From NCBI RefSeq assembly GCF_000023965.1, contig NC_013202.1:360001-392000 (forward strand): a stretch of DNA of 32,000 nt, read 5' to 3'. The position numbers and the translations under genes were made by a program. The DNA comes from Halomicrobium mukohataei DSM 12286. Lineage in GTDB: Archaea > Halobacteriota > Halobacteria > Halobacteriales > Haloarculaceae. The notes under the pieces were generated by a model. It did not search any database. It saw nothing but the letters and a program-made list of their open reading frames with translations, and had not been told where the DNA came from. Below are positions 18,236-24,760 of this stretch, in pieces. Position 1 is the stretch's first letter; every line of letters starts with the position of its first letter.

Positions 18236-18263
18236 CCGCCTCACGATTCAGTCATATCTGAAC
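18236..18263 (-). repeat. Right terminal inverted repeat candidate of the island
   Basis: The reverse complement GTTCAGATATGACTGAATCGTGAGGCGG matches 16157..16183. It lies 20 nt upstream of the transposase-remnant ATG (18216). Confidence 0.45.
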
Positions 18264-18317
18264 GCTCCCCCTCGACTACACCCCGTTGCTAAGGTGGTGG
18301 CGGTCGAAGCCCGGACC

Positions 18318-19760
18318 ATGACAGATCCGTTCGTCGCGATCGGTGGCGACGCGGCCGGCCTGAGCGCCGCCAGCAAGTGCAAGCGCGAGCAGCCAGAGCG
18401 GGACGTGATCGTCTTCGAGAAGGGGTCGTGGGTGTCCTATTCGCACTGCGGGATGCCATACTTCGTGAAGGGAGAGGTCGACCGGCTGGACGATCTACTG
18501 TCGCTGTCGCCAGCGGAGATCCGGGAGCGGGGGATCGACCTTCGCCGGGGGCACGAGGTCGTGGCGATCGACAGCGACGCACGCGTCCTCACCGTCGAGA
18601 CGAGCGCGGGCGACCGTCTCGAACAGCCCTACGGCGACCTCCTGATCGGGACCGGCGCGCGTGCGGTCACGACGCCGATCGAGGGGAGCGACCTCGCGGG
18701 GGTTCACACGATGCACGGGCTGGACTCGGCCGCGGCCGTCCGCGCTCACCTGCTCGATCCGGCGGTCGACGCCGTCGCAGACGTGGGCGGCGAGGAGTTC
18801 GTCGACCGCGAGCTGGTCGAGCGCCACGCCGCGTTCGAGCCGCCAGAGACCGTGGCGATCGTCGGCGGCGGCTACGTCGGCGTCGAGATGGCGGAGGCGT
18901 TCAGCGCCCACGGGCTGGACGTTCACCTCTTCCAGCGTGGCGAGCACGTCCTTCCGCCCTTCGGCGAAGCGGTCGCCGAGGTCGTCGAGGGGGAGCTCGC
19001 CGCCGAGGGCGTCACGCTCCACCTCGGCGAGGAGGTCCAGCGCCTCGACGGCGACGACGGCCGAGTCGAGCGCCTCGTCTGCGCCGGCGGCGCGTCGCTG
19101 GCGGTCGATCTGGCGCTCGTGGGCATCGGGATCCGTCCCAACACGGACCTCCTCGCGGACACGCCGATCGAGACCGGCGTCGCCGACGCCGTCGCGGTCG
19201 ACGACTACGGCCGGACGAACGTCGACGGCGTCTACGCGGCGGGCGACTGTGCGACGATGCGCCACGCGGTCACCGGCGAGCGCGACTGGGTGCCGCTCGG
19301 CCTGACCGCGAATCGGGCGGGGCGAGCGATCGGCGCGACCGTCGCTGGCGACCCGACGCCCGTGGGCGACATCGCGGGGACCGCCGTCGTCAAGGCCTTC
19401 GAGCAGGAGTGTGGCCGGACCGGCCTCGTCGATCACGAGGCGGCCAGCGACGCCGGCTTCGATCCGGTCAGCGAGACGATCACCGCCGGCTCGCGGTCGG
19501 GCTACTACCCCGGCGGGGCCGAGACGACGGTGACGCTGATCGCCGACCGGGACAGCGGCCGTCTGCTGGGCGGGACTATCGTCGGCACCGATCGCGCGGC
19601 GATCCGGATCGACATCGTCGCGATGGCGCTGGAACAGGACGCGACTGTGGGAGAGCTAGAGCGGTCCGACCTGGCCTACGCGCCGCCGTTCTCGCCCGTC
19701 TGGGACCCCGTCCTGACGGCCGCGAAGGTGCTCGGCTCGTCGGTCCAAGAGCGCTACTGA
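18318..19760 (+). CDS. FAD-dependent pyridine nucleotide-disulfide oxidoreductase (CoA-disulfide reductase / NADH oxidase family)
   Basis: Start at ATG 18318 (MTDPFVAIGGDAAGLSAA). Single redox Cys motif SYSHCGMPY. Second dinucleotide fold IVGGGYVGVEMAEAF, then YAAGDCA. Confidence 0.85.
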   Translation: MTDPFVAIGGDAAGLSAASKCKREQPERDVIVFEKGSWVSYSHCGMPYFVKGEVDRLDDLLSLSPAEIRERGIDLRRGHEVVAIDSDARVLTVETSAGDRLEQPYGDLLIGTGARAVTTPIEGSDLAGVHTMHGLDSAAAVRAHLLDPAVDAVADVGGEEFVDRELVERHAAFEPPETVAIVGGGYVGVEMAEAFSAHGLDVHLFQRGEHVLPPFGEAVAEVVEGELAAEGVTLHLGEEVQRLDGDDGRVERLVCAGGASLAVDLALVGIGIRPNTDLLADTPIETGVADAVAVDDYGRTNVDGVYAAGDCATMRHAVTGERDWVPLGLTANRAGRAIGATVAGDPTPVGDIAGTAVVKAFEQECGRTGLVDHEAASDAGFDPVSETITAGSRSGYYPGGAETTVTLIADRDSGRLLGGTIVGTDRAAIRIDIVAMALEQDATVGELERSDLAYAPPFSPVWDPVLTAAKVLGSSVQERY

Positions 19761-20269
19761 CCGAGCACGCGGGCCGACTCGAACCGATCGTCGGTCAGGT
19801 AGACCGCGTCGTCGTCGACCGCGACGGCGACCGCGTCGAGCGCGTCGCCGGCACAGGGACCGTGCGTACACGTCCCTTCGCCGCCGGAGAACTGTGCGCC
19901 GTGTTTGTGACAGACGAGGTCGTCGCCGCGGACGATCGCGCCGGTCCCCGGATCGAGCGGGACCTCCGGTCGGTGGGGACAGGAGTTGCGCCAGGCGACG
20001 ACCGCGTCGTCGATTCGCCGCAAGATGCAGTCGACGCCGTGGGACGGGCCGCGGGCCTCGAACCGAACGGTCGAGTCCGTCGGGACCGCGTCGAGGTCGA
20101 CGATCCGCTTGGGGTCGTCTCCGGCCACCGGGCCGTCGTCTGACGCGCTCTCACCGAGGTTGAATCGGACGGTGGCATCGCCGGCCGAGAGAGCACACTC
20201 GCCGTCCGAGAACAGCGCCGTCTCGGTCTCGTCGTCGTGCTCGACCGTCACGCGGAACCGGTCGCTCAT
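19754..20269 (-). CDS. Rieske [2Fe-2S] domain protein
   Basis: Start taken at ATG 20269 (MSDRFRVTVEHDDE). CPHR...CHKHG plus CTHGPCAG match Rieske ligand boxes. The upstream part of the listed ORF (to 20539) is Ser-rich antisense of a + strand acidic ORF. 7-nt convergent overlap with the preceding gene. Confidence 0.8.
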   Translation of the reverse strand: MSDRFRVTVEHDDETETALFSDGECALSAGDATVRFNLGESASDDGPVAGDDPKRIVDLDAVPTDSTVRFEARGPSHGVDCILRRIDDAVVAWRNSCPHRPEVPLDPGTGAIVRGDDLVCHKHGAQFSGGEGTCTHGPCAGDALDAVAVAVDDDAVYLTDDRFESARVLGQ

Positions 20270-20282
20270 CGCCCACACTCGA

Positions 20283-20296
20283 TTCGGCGAGCCTAA
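20283..20296. promoter_or_regulatory. Dyad operator candidate TTCGGC-GA-GCCTAA
   Basis: 13 nt upstream of the Rieske ATG and 61 nt upstream of the small acidic ORF. Member of the 8-copy TTAGGC-N2-GCCTAA family. Confidence 0.5.
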
Positions 20297-20357
20297 AAAA
20301 TTGCCGATCCGCGGGAGCGCCGCAACGGTGTAGTGTCGTCGGGTCGGACGATTACGT

Positions 20358-20522
20358 ATGGACTCCGAAGACGTCGCCGTCGACGTGGAAGTCGAAGTGG
20401 AACTGGACACGGCCGAACTCGAAGCCGAGATCGAGGACGCGACCGAGTACGAGGCGACCCTCGAAGGCGACGGCATCGAGATCGAACTGGAAGCGGCAGT
20501 CGAGTTCACCGACGAGGACTGA
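20358..20522 (+). CDS. 54-aa extremely acidic mini-protein (not in ORF track)
   Basis: ATG 20358 to TGA 20522: MDSEDVAVDVEVEVELDTAELEAEIEDATEYEATLEGDGIEIELEAAVEFTDED. Nearly every codon ends in G/C. The antisense frame gives an implausible Ser-rich peptide. Confidence 0.45.
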   Translation: MDSEDVAVDVEVEVELDTAELEAEIEDATEYEATLEGDGIEIELEAAVEFTDED

Positions 20523-20596
20523 CCGCCAGAGCGAGACACCCGCTCGGTCAGCGTGGGGCCCGTCAGACGATACCTGTCGTCGGCACCCGCGCCGTG

Positions 20597-20974
20597 TCAC
20601 TGGACCGGGACGCTCTCCTCGCCCTCCAGCAGGAGGGCGTCGAGCCGGTCGGCGACGATGGGACTGACCGTGTCGACGACCGCGCGGGCCTCTCGCTCTG
20701 GCGACTCCAGTTCGAGCACCTCCTCGAAGAACGCCGACAGCGTCCGGTAGGTGTCGTACAGCTCGGTCGCTCGCTCGCGCCCGCGATCGGTCAGCGTGAC
20801 GCCCTCGTACGGTTCGTAGTCGACGAGTCCGTCGTCCGCGAGGCGCTGGAGCATCTCCGTGGTCGCCGACGGAGAGCGACCCATCGCCCGTGCCACGGTG
20901 CCCGGCTCGACCGGCGATCCGTCGGTCCGTTCTCGATCGTAGACGACGACCAGGTACTGAGCGACGCGCTCCAT
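20597..20974 (-). CDS. Short DtxR/SirR-family transcriptional regulator (HTH plus dimerisation domain only)
   Basis: Start set at ATG 20974 (MERVAQYLVVVYDRE...). GTVARAMGRSPSATTEMLQRLADDGLVDYEPYEGVTLTDRGRERATELYDTYRTLSAFFEEVL parallels the DtxR winged HTH and following helix. The listed N-terminal extension to 21073 is Arg-rich and overlaps a better small ORF. Confidence 0.8.
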   Translation of the reverse strand: MERVAQYLVVVYDRERTDGSPVEPGTVARAMGRSPSATTEMLQRLADDGLVDYEPYEGVTLTDRGRERATELYDTYRTLSAFFEEVLELESPEREARAVVDTVSPIVADRLDALLLEGEESVPVQ

Positions 20975-20979
20975 CGGGC

Positions 20980-21141
20980 TCAGCGGCGCACGTCGACGAC
21001 GAGGTCCGTCGCGATCCACCCCTCCGTGTTGTCCGACTCGATGAAGGTGCGCGACCCGGGACAGGTCTCGCACACGTCGATCGACGGGCGGTCTGTCGCC
21101 GGCTCGCCCGCGCGGTCGTCGGGCGCAGTCGTCGTTGCCAT
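20980..21141 (-). CDS. 53-aa CxxC small protein (not in ORF track), first gene of the regulator operon
   Basis: ATG 21141 to TGA 20982..20980: MATTTAPDDRAGEPATDRPSIDVCETCPGSRTFIESDNTEGWIATDLVVDVRR. Acidic and GC3-biased. Its stop is 5 nt before the regulator ATG. Confidence 0.55.
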   Translation of the reverse strand: MATTTAPDDRAGEPATDRPSIDVCETCPGSRTFIESDNTEGWIATDLVVDVRR

Positions 21142-21150
21142 ACCCGTATT

Positions 21151-21164
21151 TTAGGCACGCCTAA
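21151..21164. promoter_or_regulatory. Perfect dyad operator candidate TTAGGC-AC-GCCTAA
   Basis: 9 nt upstream of the small CxxC ORF / DtxR-like operon. Flanked by T and A runs (TATTTTAGGCACGCCTAAAATTAAA). Confidence 0.6.
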
Positions 21165-21228
21165 AATTAAAGCTTCGGGTGATCGCCGCCGCCGGCAGGC
21201 GAGAGTGGCGTCGCTGTTCGACGTTTGT

Positions 21229-21242
21229 TTAGCTGCGCCTAA
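21229..21242. promoter_or_regulatory. Dyad operator candidate TTAGCT-GC-GCCTAA
   Basis: Lies between the dpsA stop (21270) and the regulator-operon promoter, 78 nt from the 21151 box. Confidence 0.4.
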
Positions 21243-21269
21243 AAGAGTGGGGTGTCGGTCGCCGAACGC

Positions 21270-21818
21270 TTACTGCATCGCGCTCTCGGTGACGAGCGTG
21301 TCGTCTTCGAGGTAGTGTTCGATGTGGTGGACCGCGTCCTCCAGCTCGACCAGCTGCTCGCGGAGCATCTGTGCGCTGGCGTGGTCGCCGAGTCCCTCGG
21401 TGAGCTCGATGTGGCTCCGGGCGGACTCGATGATCTCGCCGTACACGTCTACGTCGTTGGCCAGCGAGGTGCGGATGTCGTACACGTCCTCGTCCTCGGG
21501 CTCGACGGTCGCCTCGGATTCCAGCGTCGCGGCGCTGGCGTGCGGGACACCGCCCAGCGCCTGGACGCGCTCTGCGAGTTCGTCGGCGGCCGCTTCGGCC
21601 TCTTCTGCGGCCTCGCCGAGGAACAGATGCAGGTCGCGGAACTCGGCACCCTCGACGTTCCAGTGGTGCTTTCGGAGCTGGTGGTACAGCACGTAGACGT
21701 TCGCGAGGTCGGCGTTGAGCGCGTCGACGATCTGCTCGACTTTCTCCTGTTCGAGTCGGAGTGCTTCGCTGGCTTCGACGGTACCGGCCTGCTTCAGGGT
21801 CGACTGTTGCTGACTCAT
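21270..21818 (-). CDS. dpsA: Dps-type ferritin (DNA protection during starvation protein)
   Basis: Start at ATG 21818 (MSQQQSTLKQAGTVEASEALRLEQEKVEQIVDALNADLANVYVLYHQLRKHHWNVEGAEFRDLHLFLGE). This closely resembles the halobacterial DpsA N-terminus and ferroxidase motif as I remember it. Confidence 0.9.
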   Translation of the reverse strand: MSQQQSTLKQAGTVEASEALRLEQEKVEQIVDALNADLANVYVLYHQLRKHHWNVEGAEFRDLHLFLGEAAEEAEAAADELAERVQALGGVPHASAATLESEATVEPEDEDVYDIRTSLANDVDVYGEIIESARSHIELTEGLGDHASAQMLREQLVELEDAVHHIEHYLEDDTLVTESAMQ

Positions 21819-21871
21819 ACTCGATCGTTCGTCCCCGACCCACTTCAAACTTTTCAAAATTTTTATATTTT

Positions 21872-21885
21872 TTCGTACCGCCTAA
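21872..21885. promoter_or_regulatory. Dyad operator candidate TTCGTA-CC-GCCTAA next to the dpsA TATA-like region
   Basis: 53 nt upstream of the dpsA ATG. It abuts the strikingly AT-rich stretch 21845..21875 (reverse strand AAAAAATATAAAAATTTTGAAAAG). Confidence 0.45.
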
Positions 21886-21908
21886 ACCGGGCGACGCGTC
21901 CGACGGCA

Positions 21909-22070
21909 TCACTCCTCGTCGCGCTCTTTGAGCCACTCGTCCAGGAGGTCGCGGATCGCCGCCTCGCGGTTGTCGCGGTGCTCGGCGAAGGCCTTCTCGT
22001 CGATCGCGTCGAGCAGCTCTTCGTCCAGTTCGAGCTCCACGGCTTCCAGATCCAGGTACGCCTCGTCCAT
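21909..22070 (-). CDS. 53-aa ribbon-helix-helix (CopG-like) mini-protein
   Basis: Start taken at ATG 22070: MDEAYLDLEAVELELDEELLDAIDEKAFAEHRDNREAAIRDLLDEWLKERDEE, a strand-helix-helix pattern. The listed upstream extension to 22241 is Arg/Cys-rich and unlikely. Confidence 0.5.
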   Translation of the reverse strand: MDEAYLDLEAVELELDEELLDAIDEKAFAEHRDNREAAIRDLLDEWLKERDEE

Positions 22071-22203
22071 CGGGTGGGAGCGACGACCCCCGCAGATAAA
22101 TAGCCTCGTCAGACGACCGTCTGGCGTTCGTGTGACGCGACGCCGGCCACACCGCCCCTCGGCGGTCGGAACGGTTTCGGCATCGGAGTGCATACGGTAA
22201 CAT

Positions 22204-22611
22204 ATGTCACATAGTGTCGACCGATCAGAGCTGACAGACACCGAACGGGCGGCACTGCACCGCCTGCAACTGGGTGTCGAACACGTCCACCGAGGGTACG
22301 GGTCGCTGCTGGCCTGTCATCACAGCATCGGCCACGGGATGGACCACTTCGAGGCCGCCCGCGAACTGCTCTCTGAGGCGGGCCACGAGGCGTACGCCGA
22401 GGCACTGAGAGAGGAGATCCTTCCGGCGGGGTTCGTCGACGACCGGTGGACGTACGAACTCGTCGACGCGGCCCGGACCGGGTTCGTCGACGACGTAGCG
22501 ACGCTCGAAGCGGCGATCCGGGCTGACCTCGCCGACGGCGAACAACACGTCAGCGAGCGACGGCTACAGCGCCGCTGGCGAAGGCGAGCTGCGGGGCGAG
22601 ACGGAGAGTAG
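22204..22611 (+). CDS. Hypothetical protein with His-rich N-terminal segment
   Basis: 135-aa ORF, GC3-biased. HRLQLGVEHVHRGYGSLLACHHSIGHGMDHF contains 7 His and 1 Cys within 31 residues. No family recognised. Confidence 0.6.
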   Translation: MSHSVDRSELTDTERAALHRLQLGVEHVHRGYGSLLACHHSIGHGMDHFEAARELLSEAGHEAYAEALREEILPAGFVDDRWTYELVDAARTGFVDDVATLEAAIRADLADGEQHVSERRLQRRWRRRAAGRDGE

Positions 22612-22622
22612 CGACGACGGCG

Positions 22623-23351
22623 TCACTCGGTGAGGCTCGGGTGGGTCTCCGGTGGCTCCGGATGGGGGTCGGCGAGCGTCTCTCGCAGTCGCGCCCGAGC
22701 CCGTTCTTCCCGCCGACGGCGTTCGTCGGCGTCGATCTCCTCACACCCCGGCGGCAGGTCGCGCCCGCGGTCGGTGAAATAGCCCTCGGGGACGACCCAG
22801 TCGTGGTAAAACGGCGCGTCGTCGTCGGTCAACAGCGTCACGGCGACCTCGGCCCCGTGGCCGGCACAGACGACGGCCTGGTGGGGTTTCTCGGCCAGCC
22901 GACCGGCCGCGTAGAGGCCGTCGACGCCGGTCCGCCCGTGCTCGTCCGTGTCGACGAAGGTCTTGCCCCGGTCGATCAGGCCGACGCCGTCGATCTCGCT
23001 CAGATAGCTCGTCTCGTTTTTCGTCGCCGCGATCACGGAGTCGCTCGTGTACCGCTCTCCGGCGTCGGTCTCGACGGTGAAGCCATCGGACCGGTGAGTG
23101 ACGGTCTCGACGGTCGCCAGCCGCCGCTCGGCCCCCGCCCGCTGGGCCTGTTCGCCCAGCAGATCGAGGAACTGGCGGGCGTCGATCCCGGCCGGAAAGC
23201 CGGGGACGTTCTCCAGGTGAGCGTTACGCCGGAGGATCGAGCCGCCGGCATCGAGCACGAGCGTCTGGAAGTCGGCGCGGGCGGTGAAGACGCTGGCCGA
23301 CAGGCCGGCGACGCCGCCGCCGACGACCACTACGTCGTAGCGTTCGGGCAC
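22623..23351 (-). CDS. Short thioredoxin-reductase-like FAD oxidoreductase
   Basis: MPERYDVVVVGGGVAGLSASVF (GxGxxG FAD fold) and C-terminal GLYAAGRLA...QAVVCAGHGAEVA. At 242 aa there is no second dinucleotide-binding GxGxxG and no CxxC. Charged C-terminal tail. Confidence 0.8.
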   Translation of the reverse strand: MPERYDVVVVGGGVAGLSASVFTARADFQTLVLDAGGSILRRNAHLENVPGFPAGIDARQFLDLLGEQAQRAGAERRLATVETVTHRSDGFTVETDAGERYTSDSVIAATKNETSYLSEIDGVGLIDRGKTFVDTDEHGRTGVDGLYAAGRLAEKPHQAVVCAGHGAEVAVTLLTDDDAPFYHDWVVPEGYFTDRGRDLPPGCEEIDADERRRREERARARLRETLADPHPEPPETHPSLTE

Positions 23352-23441
23352 GTGTCTGGGTCGCGTTCGGAGCGGGTATAGCAGCGTCGAATCGTTCGGT
23401 CGGCCGTGGAACGTCTCGGTCGGACACCGCCGATCGACACG

Positions 23442-24659
23442 TCAGCGCGTGACGATCTCGGCGACTCGCTGGCGGTCGAAGAGCCGTTCGCCCTCGTGGA
23501 TCTCCGGATAGTGTTCGCCGTCGGTGTAGGCCGGCCACTCGCCGAAGATCTCGGGATACAGTTGCTTCGCGCCCATCTCGATCTGGAAGAGGTTCATGAT
23601 CGGCCCCTGGTAGCGCATCCCCGCGGGGTAGACGCGGTCGTTCTCGACCGCCGAGAGCCGGCTGCCGGAGGCGCTGTCTTCGAGCCGCGTGCGCGTGTCG
23701 GTGATGCTGTAGTTCGGCGTCATCCCCCAGAGGTGGAGGAACACGTCCGGATCGGCTTCTAGCATCGTCTCGTAGTCGACGGTCCCCCAGAGGCCGCCCC
23801 AGTCCTGGTCGGCGAAGGCGTCGTTCGCACCGAGCGGGCGCGTGTCGGCAAGCCAGTAGCCGGGCTCGTTGAGGTGGTACGTCCAGAAGGTCTCGCCGTC
23901 GCCCGAGAGGGTCGCACGCACCGCGGTCGGCCGGTCCTCGACGGGCGGGAGCTGTGACTGGATCCGCTCGACGAGATCGGCGTGGACGGCGGCCAGCGCC
24001 TCGTAGCGTTCGCGCTCTCGAAACACGTCGGCGACCGCGCCGAACAGCTCCCAGAGGTCGTAGTACTGGTAGTCGTCGTACCCCTCGGGCGGCTGGTCGT
24101 GGGTCCCGCTGTAGAAGTTCCCGAACCACGGGCCCAGCTGTGTCGCGACCTCGTCGACGTCGTCTGCGCCCCAGTTGTCCTGTGTCGTGACCCACGCCGG
24201 ATCGGTCAGGTGTACGTCGGCGTCGTGGGTGTACAGCCGTTCTTTCGAGAAGCCGTCACTGAGTGGGTCCGACAGTCGCTCCCAGTCCAGCGAGACGCCG
24301 TCGAGATGGTGGTAGTAGTGGTTCATCGTCGGCCCGGACATCTCGGGGACGTAGACGCTCTGGACCGCGTCGCCGTGACCCAGCGCGACGGCCATATCGA
24401 GGTACTGTGGGTAGACGGTAAACACGGTCTCGGGGACGGCGTCGAACGACACCGTCCCGGCCGGCGACAGCGTGGCCGTGTGACCGGCGTCGGTCGTCGA
24501 CTCCGTCTGTGTCCGAGGCCGGGCCGTGTCGTCGGGGGTCGATCCGTCGCTTTCGTCTGCCTCCGTCGCGTCGCTGCCCGCACAGCCCGCGAGAGCCGTC
24601 CCGGCGGCGATCGAACTCGCGACGAACCGTCGACGTGTCGAGGAGCGGTCGTCTGCCAT
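23442..24659 (-). CDS. ABC transporter substrate-binding lipoprotein (iron-chelate/siderophore type)
   Basis: MADDRSSTRRRFVASSIAAGTALAGC (Tat motif plus lipobox). Paralogous to 25738..26925 (shared ...VSFDAVPET..., ...LFDRQRVAEIV...). Divergent from the FecCD-type permease. Confidence 0.8.
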   Translation of the reverse strand: MADDRSSTRRRFVASSIAAGTALAGCAGSDATEADESDGSTPDDTARPRTQTESTTDAGHTATLSPAGTVSFDAVPETVFTVYPQYLDMAVALGHGDAVQSVYVPEMSGPTMNHYYHHLDGVSLDWERLSDPLSDGFSKERLYTHDADVHLTDPAWVTTQDNWGADDVDEVATQLGPWFGNFYSGTHDQPPEGYDDYQYYDLWELFGAVADVFRERERYEALAAVHADLVERIQSQLPPVEDRPTAVRATLSGDGETFWTYHLNEPGYWLADTRPLGANDAFADQDWGGLWGTVDYETMLEADPDVFLHLWGMTPNYSITDTRTRLEDSASGSRLSAVENDRVYPAGMRYQGPIMNLFQIEMGAKQLYPEIFGEWPAYTDGEHYPEIHEGERLFDRQRVAEIVTR

Positions 24660-24664
24660 TACTT

Positions 24665-24678
24665 TTCGGCTTGCCTAA
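24665..24678. promoter_or_regulatory. Dyad operator candidate TTCGGC-TT-GCCTAA
   Basis: 5 nt upstream of the binding-protein ATG (24659). First of three boxes in the 101-nt divergent spacer. Confidence 0.5.
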
Positions 24679-24700
24679 AACAGCAAATGCCTTACGGTTT

Positions 24701-24714
24701 TTAGGCGAGCCGAA
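24701..24714. promoter_or_regulatory. Dyad operator candidate TTAGGC-GA-GCCGAA
   Basis: Centre of the divergent spacer, flanked by TTTT and ATAAA. Confidence 0.5.
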
Positions 24715-24739
24715 TAAATCGGAACTGATACAAGTGATG

Positions 24740-24753
24740 TTAGGGACACCTAA
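24740..24753. promoter_or_regulatory. Dyad operator candidate TTAGGG-AC-ACCTAA
   Basis: 7 nt upstream of the permease ATG 24761. It would lie inside the ORF if the alternative in-frame ATG 24737 is used. Confidence 0.4.
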
Positions 24754-24760
24754 AACAGAT

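Larger units (their letters stand above)
16157..18263. mobile_element. Low-GC island bounded by IS-like imperfect inverted repeats; contains two transposase remnants and passenger genes
   Basis: There is an abrupt visible GC drop between the cupin stop (16129) and about 18290. The ends read GTTCAGATAAGAGATCGAGAGTGGCGG (16157..16183) and, on the reverse complement of 18236..18263, GTTCAGATATGACTGAATCGTGAGGCGG. The right repeat sits just upstream of the IS6-like transposase remnant. Confidence 0.5.

Noticed and set aside
20270-20539. N-terminal 90 residues of the listed 261-aa Rieske ORF
   Set aside because: It is a Ser/Thr homopolymer-like translation that is the antisense of the acidic 54-aa + strand ORF and the intergenic operator. 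The Rieske protein starts plausibly at ATG 20269.
20975-21073. N-terminal extension of the DtxR-like ORF (MRDLSRVAHLHRVGQHGGVDRDGPRRRRAPLSP)
   Set aside because: It is Arg-rich and atypical. It overlaps the better-looking acidic 53-aa ORF in another frame. ATG 20974 lies 5 nt after that ORF's stop. An upstream GTG start cannot be fully excluded.
21909-22241. Full 110-aa version of the reverse ORF upstream of dpsA
   Set aside because: The first 57 residues are Arg/Cys-rich, and its first 38 nt overlap the start of the divergent + gene. Only the last 53 residues look like a real (RHH-like) protein.
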